Part shown: positions 57,841 to 64,000 of the stretch, piece after piece
Numbering within the stretch: position 1 is the first letter of the stretch
Layout of the letters: the number at the start of each line of letters is the position of its first letter
Origin: Candidatus Bathyarchaeia archaeon
GTDB taxonomy: Archaea > Thermoproteota > Bathyarchaeia > Bathyarchaeales > Bathycorpusculaceae
Direction: 5' to 3'
NCBI GenBank assembly: GCA_049521795.1
Contig: JBEKOM010000005.1
Coordinates: 40,658-104,657 of the forward strand
DNA length: 64,000 nucleotides
The notes under the pieces: model-generated
What the model was told of the DNA's origin: nothing
What the model saw: the letters and a program-made list of their open reading frames with translations, nothing else
The model's database searches: none
Program-made: the position numbers and the translations under genes

Positions 57841-58626
57841 ATGGAAAATTCAAGCATGCTGGATAGAATTCTGGAAAGAACATCGATCAGGAGTTTCGAG
57901 AAAGACAAGAAAATCCCAGAAGAATTCGAGAAGAAGATAATTCTTGCTGGAATCAGAGCCCCCTCGGCCGGAAACATCCAGCCGAGAACCATAATAGTGG
58001 TAAAAGAAGAAGTTGTAAGAGAGCAGTTGTATCAGCTTTGCGAAGGCCAAGCATTCATGAAAGCCGCCCCTCTCTGGATCGTGATGTGTGCAGACCTCCA
58101 CCGTCACCTAAAGGCTTCAGAGCTCACGGGAGTAAAGTATGATTACACCGGCGTTCTTCCTTACACTTTGAGCGTTTTGGACGCCTCGTTGTCGCTTGAA
58201 AACATGGTCATAGCCGCTGAAGCCTTAGGGTTGGGCAGCGTGATGATAGGATCAGTCATTGAACACCCAGAAGAAGCAAGAAATATTCTGAAATTGCCCG
58301 AACATTGCCTAGCCTTTTGCATCCTGTGTGTTGGATACCCGAAGAGAAAATTCGGAACGAGAGAGAAATGGGACTACAGAGTGATAGTCTGCGAAGACCA
58401 TTACAAAGATATTGAAGCGACGGACGTTGCAGAATACTGGAAGAAGTTAATGCTCAATGATTTGAAACGCGGAGGGAAAGAAATCTCCCCCGAAATCATC
58501 GAAAGAATCTGCAACGAGAGAAATTATGGAAAATCTTACGCAAGCCACTACAAAGAAGAATTCGTCAGCGCTACGAACAGGAAGCTGAACGAGTTTCTCA
58601 AGAAGCAGGGACTACTCAAGGACTAG
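57841..58626 (+). CDS. Nitroreductase family (NfsA-like) protein
   Basis: RTSIRSF, RAPSAGNIQP, AAEALGLGSVMIG and LCVGYP. Confidence 0.9.
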   Translation: MENSSMLDRILERTSIRSFEKDKKIPEEFEKKIILAGIRAPSAGNIQPRTIIVVKEEVVREQLYQLCEGQAFMKAAPLWIVMCADLHRHLKASELTGVKYDYTGVLPYTLSVLDASLSLENMVIAAEALGLGSVMIGSVIEHPEEARNILKLPEHCLAFCILCVGYPKRKFGTREKWDYRVIVCEDHYKDIEATDVAEYWKKLMLNDLKRGGKEISPEIIERICNERNYGKSYASHYKEEFVSATNRKLNEFLKKQGLLKD

Positions 58627-58647
58627 GTACCCTTATGGGGGTTCTCA

Positions 58648-59637
58648 TTGACAAGTGCTGAAGAGCTGGGAGAGCGGAGGATAATCGAGATCATACAAAG
58701 CCGCTTAGACCAGATGCCCAAAATGCCAGTGCCTTTCGGCGATGACGTGTCCGCTTGCGAAATAGGAGGCGGTAACCTCGTCGTCTTGAAGACAGACATG
58801 CTTGTGGACAAGACCGATGTTCCTGAGGGCATGAATCTCTGGCAGGCAGCTCGAAAAGCCGTGGTCATGAACGTGAGCGATTTCGCAGCGAAAGGTGTTA
58901 GGCCGATCGCTATGCTCGTTTCCCTTGGCATACCGAGAAGTCTCAGACAGAGTGACATCGAAGAATTGGGGGCTGGTTTGAACGCTGGGGCACGTGAATA
59001 CGGCGCATACGTGATCGGCGGAGACACGGGTGAGTCCTCAGACTTGGTGATCAGTCTTTCAGTTTTTGGGATGGCGAGAAAGGACAAACTAATGTTGCGG
59101 AGTGGAGCAAAACCCGGAGACCTCGTGGCCGTGACTGGTCCTTTTGGAAGACCGCCTGCAGGCTTGAAGATCCTTGTCGACAATTTCAAAGCGTCAAAAG
59201 AAATCAAGAAGACTCTTGTGGAGTCTGTTTTGATGCCGCATGCTCGGCTTGAAGAGGGACTTGCCTTAAGTCAGACAGGAGCTATCAGCGCGGCAATCGA
59301 TTCAAGCGACGGTTTGGCCTGGAGTCTGCATGAGATCGCGAGAGAAAGCAAAGTTGGAGTATCGGTAAGCTCGTTGCCTGTAGCAAAGGAAGCGGCGAGG
59401 TTTGCAAGGATCAACAAGCTTGACCCTTCGGCGCTGGCGCTGTACGGAGGAGAAGAGTATGAGCTTATCTTGACCATAAAGCCTATGCTGTGGATCAAAG
59501 CTCAAAGGGCCGTTGCAAGAGTTGGTGGAAAACTCGTGAAAATTGGAAAAACAACTGCTGGGAAGGATGTGCTAATGGAGACGCGTAGAAAGCACGTTCT
59601 AATTGCGCCGAAAGGGTATGAACACTTCAAAACATAA
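58648..59637 (+). CDS. thiL: Thiamine-monophosphate kinase
   Basis: LGERRII, FGDD, NVSDFAAKG, GGDT, RSGAKPGD, IDSSDG and GGEEYEL. Confidence 0.93.
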   Translation: MTSAEELGERRIIEIIQSRLDQMPKMPVPFGDDVSACEIGGGNLVVLKTDMLVDKTDVPEGMNLWQAARKAVVMNVSDFAAKGVRPIAMLVSLGIPRSLRQSDIEELGAGLNAGAREYGAYVIGGDTGESSDLVISLSVFGMARKDKLMLRSGAKPGDLVAVTGPFGRPPAGLKILVDNFKASKEIKKTLVESVLMPHARLEEGLALSQTGAISAAIDSSDGLAWSLHEIARESKVGVSVSSLPVAKEAARFARINKLDPSALALYGGEEYELILTIKPMLWIKAQRAVARVGGKLVKIGKTTAGKDVLMETRRKHVLIAPKGYEHFKT

Positions 59638-59875
59638 GTGCCGTGTGGATTTTCTTAGAGCCTCTTAGCAGAGGCTGCTCATGAACTCATAAGCGATAAC
59701 GTTCAGCCAAGAAAGTTTTCACTGTGCGATGTAAAGTTCTTCCAGTTCTCTTCATGATAAAACCTATGTTGTATGTTGAGTTTCCTGTGTTCTGAGAGAA
59801 AACTTATATCAGGGGGAATTCGGTTGTAATTCAATCTCGTATCTGAGCTCAGAATTTTGGGCGATAATTCAATCT

Positions 59876-60178
59876 TCAGCGCTTTCTGGGTTTCTTCTTC
59901 TTGTTTTTTACCTTTGCCACAGTGACTGAACATGCTTGGTTCAGCCTTCGAATTTGAGCGTTCGGAAAGGCGCGCCCAATATTTCTTCTCAACTGCGCAA
60001 TGTCTACTTGACCATAAGTCTTAACGTCGACAACGGGCCTTTCGTCTTCGCCGTAGCTGACGGCGACCGTGTATCCGGAACCCACTTCAACATGGTTTGG
60101 TTCTATGATGAAGCTCACGTCTTCTGAATCTACCGTAACAGCACTCTCTGATGCGCGTTTGTTCTTTCGTTCAGCCAT
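59876..60178 (-). CDS. Hypothetical protein with a basic C-terminus
   Basis: 100-aa ORF with protein-like composition (PVVDVKTYG...FPNAQI). Confidence 0.6.
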   Translation of the reverse strand: MAERKNKRASESAVTVDSEDVSFIIEPNHVEVGSGYTVAVSYGEDERPVVDVKTYGQVDIAQLRRNIGRAFPNAQIRRLNQACSVTVAKVKNKKKKPRKR

Positions 60179-60338
60179 ATTCGTCACAACGTTCTAAGAC
60201 GTGAAAAGCGTAGATTAAAGCGTTATTAAGTTCAAATATGAATCAAAGCGTTTCAAATCAGGGCGTCTAATGATTGCACGTGTCAGCACCATTCTTAGAT
60301 TATTCTAGTGTGCACGACGTCACTTGTGCGAAGAAGCT

Positions 60339-60899
60339 CTAAGTGACTTTTCTTCTGTCCATCATGAAGTTCAGGATTGTTATACATGAGGCTGCGAGGT
60401 AGGGTTGCTTACTGAGGCTGATTTTTTCGCCGTATCGCAACGCGTAGCCTTCAACTGTCTTGGGCAGGCCGATGTGGTCGCCTAGGATAAAGACTGCGTG
60501 TTCGCCTATGTCTACGGCTTCCACGTCCTTTCCACTTTCCTCCAGCACGAATATCCTTGAATCATTCGCCTTTTCTCTCAACAAGGCTTCAAAGCTTACT
60601 TTCTGTGCAGTTATGCCTGGATGGGACAGGCCTGAAAGAGTTCTTCGAAGAATGCCTTCCCACGTTTCCTGATCAGTTCGCACATCATAGAGGGTTGCGC
60701 CGTCAACCTTCAAATGCAACGGCGGGTTTGGCGGTCCGCTAAGCACGACGTTGAAGACCACGTTTCTCCGCAACCCATGTGAGAGGAACAGTGATGCGAC
60801 AATACACTCGTGCACCACGTCCAATCGACCAGCATCTCGCAGGCTTGTGAACCTAGCATCGGTCCTGCCCTTACGAGAATAGAGGATGAACTCTCGCAT
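60339..60899 (-). CDS. trmY: tRNA (pseudouridine54-N1)-methyltransferase
   Basis: MREFIL, AGRLDV, SLFLSHGLR, DQ/E.T and the SPOUT knot FILGDHIG...ISLS. Confidence 0.9.
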   Translation of the reverse strand: MREFILYSRKGRTDARFTSLRDAGRLDVVHECIVASLFLSHGLRRNVVFNVVLSGPPNPPLHLKVDGATLYDVRTDQETWEGILRRTLSGLSHPGITAQKVSFEALLREKANDSRIFVLEESGKDVEAVDIGEHAVFILGDHIGLPKTVEGYALRYGEKISLSKQPYLAASCITILNFMMDRRKVT

Positions 60900-61111
60900 T
60901 CGCAGCCCTTGAAGCATGATGAGCTATTGGTAGAATTATCGTTTGCTGTATTGAGACGCAACCGGCACACTCTGCAGGATATCATTCCAAACAACGCGTC
61001 CTTGCTAACAACCCTTTCGTATATTGCGTCATCAAGACTTCAGGCTGACTCTTCTCAACAACTCCGAATAGCTTAATTTTGAGAACCTCAACAGTAAGCT
61101 AGCAACGGATT

Positions 61112-61187
61112 GCCTCCGTAGCCTAGAGGTTAGGGCGTTAGCCTTGTAAGCTGAAGGTCCCGGGTTCAAATCCCGGCGGAGGCTCCA
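61112..61187 (+). tRNA. tRNA-Thr(UGU)
   Basis: GCCTCCG/CGGAGGC plus T-CCA, TTAGC-CTTGTAA-GCTGA anticodon arm, CCGGG-TTCAAAT-CCCGG T-arm. Confidence 0.94.
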
Positions 61188-61325
61188 TCATGCTCAGCGT
61201 TTTCAGGAGAGGAAATCTCCAGCGTGCGGCCTGCAAGGCAAGAAACTTGACGATGCCACCTCGGAGACAACAGCCTACGATTTGAAAGCCCCGACAAAAG
61301 AGCGTCTGATTGCAGCGACATAACC

Positions 61326-61332
61326 CTTATAT
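61326..61332 (+). promoter_or_regulatory. Candidate TATA box for a stand-alone 23S rRNA transcript
   Basis: CTTATAT about 200 nt upstream of the 23S 5' end, followed by a hairpin-rich leader. Confidence 0.4.
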
Positions 61333-61529
61333 CCACGAAAGCTGCTTCAGAAGTATTTTGGCTACTTACTTGAAGCCATAGATAAGATGCAACTCTCCAT
61401 CGATCGGTGGTGAGTGAAGGGAAAAATGAGCGTGCCAAAGCGTACGCTCACGATGACGCCATGCATAGACTCAGGAAACTGAGAAGTTTCACCGAAACGT
61501 CAAACAGACACTGCCGTAAGGTTTGATAT

Positions 61530-64000
61530 GCTACGCCGTCTGGAGAATGGCTTGGCTTGAGTGCTGAAGAAGGGCGCGGCAAGCCGCGAAAGTGCCCCGG
61601 GTAAGCGCATGCAGCCTTAGAACCGGGGATTCCTCAATGGGACTTCCTATCAGGGTTCTTCGGAACCTTGATGCTCCCAGTCGGGAGCGGGAACCCCCCG
61701 AACGGAAGCATCTTAGTAGGGGGAGGAAAAGAAACCAAAACGGGATTCCCTTATTAGCAGCGAGCGAAAAGGGAAAAGTCCAAACTGAATCCCGCAGGGA
61801 AACCTGTGGGAAATGTAGGGTTAAGGGCCCGGCTTCCTCCTCGTCAGTTAACTTGAAGTGGCCTGGAAAGGCCTGCCAAAGAGGGTGAAAGCCCCGTAAG
61901 GATAAGCTGGAAGGAGCTGAGCTGGAGTCCCGGAGTACCGTACCCTGGTTTGGGTGCGGAAAGTTGGAAGTCACCAACTCCCAAGACTAAATACACCTCA
62001 AGACCGATAGCGCACTAGTACGGTGACGGAAAGATCAAAAGTACCCCGGAAGGGGGGTGAAAAGTGCCTGAAACCAGACGGTTACAGACGTGTGCAGCCC
62101 GGAAGGGTAGATCCCTTTCGAAGGAAACCACCGTGAGGTGGCTGTACGAGAAAGGGGGACTAGGGTTGCACGTTCCGTCTATAAACACGGGCCGGGGAGT
62201 TCATGGCTGCGGCAAGCCTAAGGGTCAAAGCCCGAAGGCGCAGGGAAACCGATATGCACGCAACCAGCTTCGGCTGGCGAGGTGCGGAGTCTGAAAGGGC
62301 TCGGAGTCGCAGCTATGAGACTAGAAACCAGACGATCTAGCCCTGGGCAGGGCGAAGCTAGGCGAAAGCCTAGTGGAGGCTCGCAAGGGTGCTGACGTGC
62401 AATTCGTTCTTCAGACCTGGGGCTAGGGGCTAAAGACCAATCTAGCCTGGTGATATCTAGTTCCCTCCAAAGTGGGTCGCAGCCCAGTCCCGGACGAGGC
62501 GGCTGATGGGGTAGAGCACTGATTAGGAAGTAAGGAGCCGAAAGGCTCCATTTTCTTTTCAAACTCCGAATCTTTCAGCGTCGTAGACTCTGGGAAACGG
62601 GTTACAGGGGGTAAGCTCCTGGACCGAGAGGGGGACAACCCAGACTGAGGTTAAGGTCCCCAAGTGCTGGCCAAATGTCAAACTAAAGGGCGTCGTCAGC
62701 CTCAGACAGCGGGGAGGTAGGCTTAGAAGCAGCCACCCTTCAAAGAAAGCGTAACAGCTCACCCGCCGAGGCTGACGGCCCCGAAAATGGACGGGGCTAA
62801 GCCAGCCACCGATACCTCAGGATGCAACACCACTGTTGCGTTGGTAGGAGGGCGTCCTGACTGGACAGAAGCTGGGCCTTGAGGTCCAGTGGACCGATCA
62901 GGATTGCAGATCCCGGCGGTAGTAACAGCTAAGAGGGGTGAGACTCCCCTCCGCCGAAAGGGCCAGGGTTCCCCGGCAACGATCGTCAGCCGGGGGTAAG
63001 TCGGTCCTAAGATGTGGCCTAACCGACCATGTCGAAAGGGAATCCGGTTAAAATTCCGGAACCATGAAGGTACACGCGGCAACGCAAGCTCAACGTCTGA
63101 CGCTTCGAGGTAGGCTGAGCAAGGTCGTCGCCTTGTTTAACCGTATAAGTCTAGGAAGTGCCGTAATGGCGAGAACTAGGTGAAAGCGGGAATAGCCGCC
63201 CGTTTTAGGGCGGTTCAGCTGATTCTTGGAGCCAGTGAAAAGGGCGTTGGGATGGATCCTTCGTGTCCGTACCTAGAACCGACACAGGTGTCCCAAGGCG
63301 AGAAACCTAAGGCGTGTCGGGTATACACTATTGTGAGGGAACTCGGCAATTTAGCCCCGTACCTTTGGTATAAGGGGTGCCTGCCGTTTCTGCCTTTGGC
63401 TGGAACAGCAGGTCGCAGTGACAAGGGGGTCCCGACTGTTTAATAAAAACACAGGAAACCGCAAGCGCGAAAGCGTGTGAACGGTTTCTGAATCCTGGCC
63501 AGTACAGGTACCTGAAACCTGGGTCCAACCGGGCCAAGGGCCTGCAAACGCCGGGAGTAACTCTGACTCTCTCAAGGTAGCCAAATGCCTTGTCGGGTAA
63601 GTTCCGACGTGCATGAATGGATCAACGAGGGCCCCGCTGTCCCCACGTAGTACCCGGTGAAACCACATAACGTGGACGAACAGTCCACGAACTCCCAGCG
63701 GGAAAAGAAGTCCCTGTGGAGTTTTACTGCAGCCTGCCGCTGGAATACGTTTGCGGATGCAGAGCGTAGACGGGAGCCGCTAATCCTGGTTTCTCAGGGA
63801 ACCGGGGGAGGCAACAATGGAACACCGTCCTTCTGCGACCGTGTTTCTTACCAGCGCTTCGGCGCTGAAACAACGGTAGGTGGGCAGTTCGGCTGGGGCG
63901 GCACGCCCTTGAAAAGATATCAAGGGCGCCCTAAGGTCGGCTCAGACGGGACAGAAACCCGTCGTAGAGTGCAAAGGCAAAAGCCGGCCTGACTGGATCC
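61530..64000 (+). rRNA. rrl: 23S rRNA (archaeal), 3' end beyond window; 5' end approximate
   Basis: Conserved segments GAACGGAAGCATCTTAGTAG..GGAAAAG, AGACCGATAGCG, GGCTTAGAAGCAGCCA, GCGTAACAGCTCAC, GACTGTTTAATAAAAACAC, AAGGTAGCCAAATGCC and GGCTGGGGCGGCAC. Confidence 0.97.

Noticed and set aside
60205-60266. AAAGCGT repeated three times upstream of the 59876-60178 gene
   Set aside because: Short, irregularly spaced and in an AT-rich promoter region; not distinguishable from chance without comparative data.
61531-63992. Multiple ORFs and possible rRNA introns in the terminal region
   Set aside because: The ORFs lie within the 23S rRNA. The conserved segments I checked (about 63540-63630) are uninterrupted, and no homing-endonuclease ORF was seen.
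1-64000. CRISPR array
   Set aside because: No regularly spaced 24-40 bp repeats seen anywhere, including near the Cas1-like remnant.

Overview
Archaeal chromosomal window, most likely TACK lineage / Bathyarchaeia. This is inferred from archaeal-type LeuRS, HisRS, aEF-2, aRF1, TrmY, Ftr, AfpA, BHB-type tRNA introns and an archaeal 23S rRNA; no database search was possible. The left end carries a complete bacterial-type NHEJ operon: LigD polymerase, Ku, a ligase-phosphoesterase fusion and DUF72. Housekeeping blocks include leuS, a two-intron tRNA-Arg(UCU), mtnA, a splicing-endonuclease structural subunit, hisS, Nip7/Nop2, EF-2, rtcB, archease, aRF1, thiL and trmY. H4MPT-linked C1 genes are also present (ftr, NAD(P)-type mtd, afpA). 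An AT-rich island at about 27.9-35.0 kb encodes a HEPN-like protein, a TPR-like protein and a roughly 910-aa protein with a C-terminal OLD-type TOPRIM domain, and ends in what looks like a solo-Cas1 (casposase-like) C-terminal remnant. There are five tRNA genes, and the window ends inside a 23S rRNA gene that has no 16S gene upstream. All product calls rest on motif recognition by eye.
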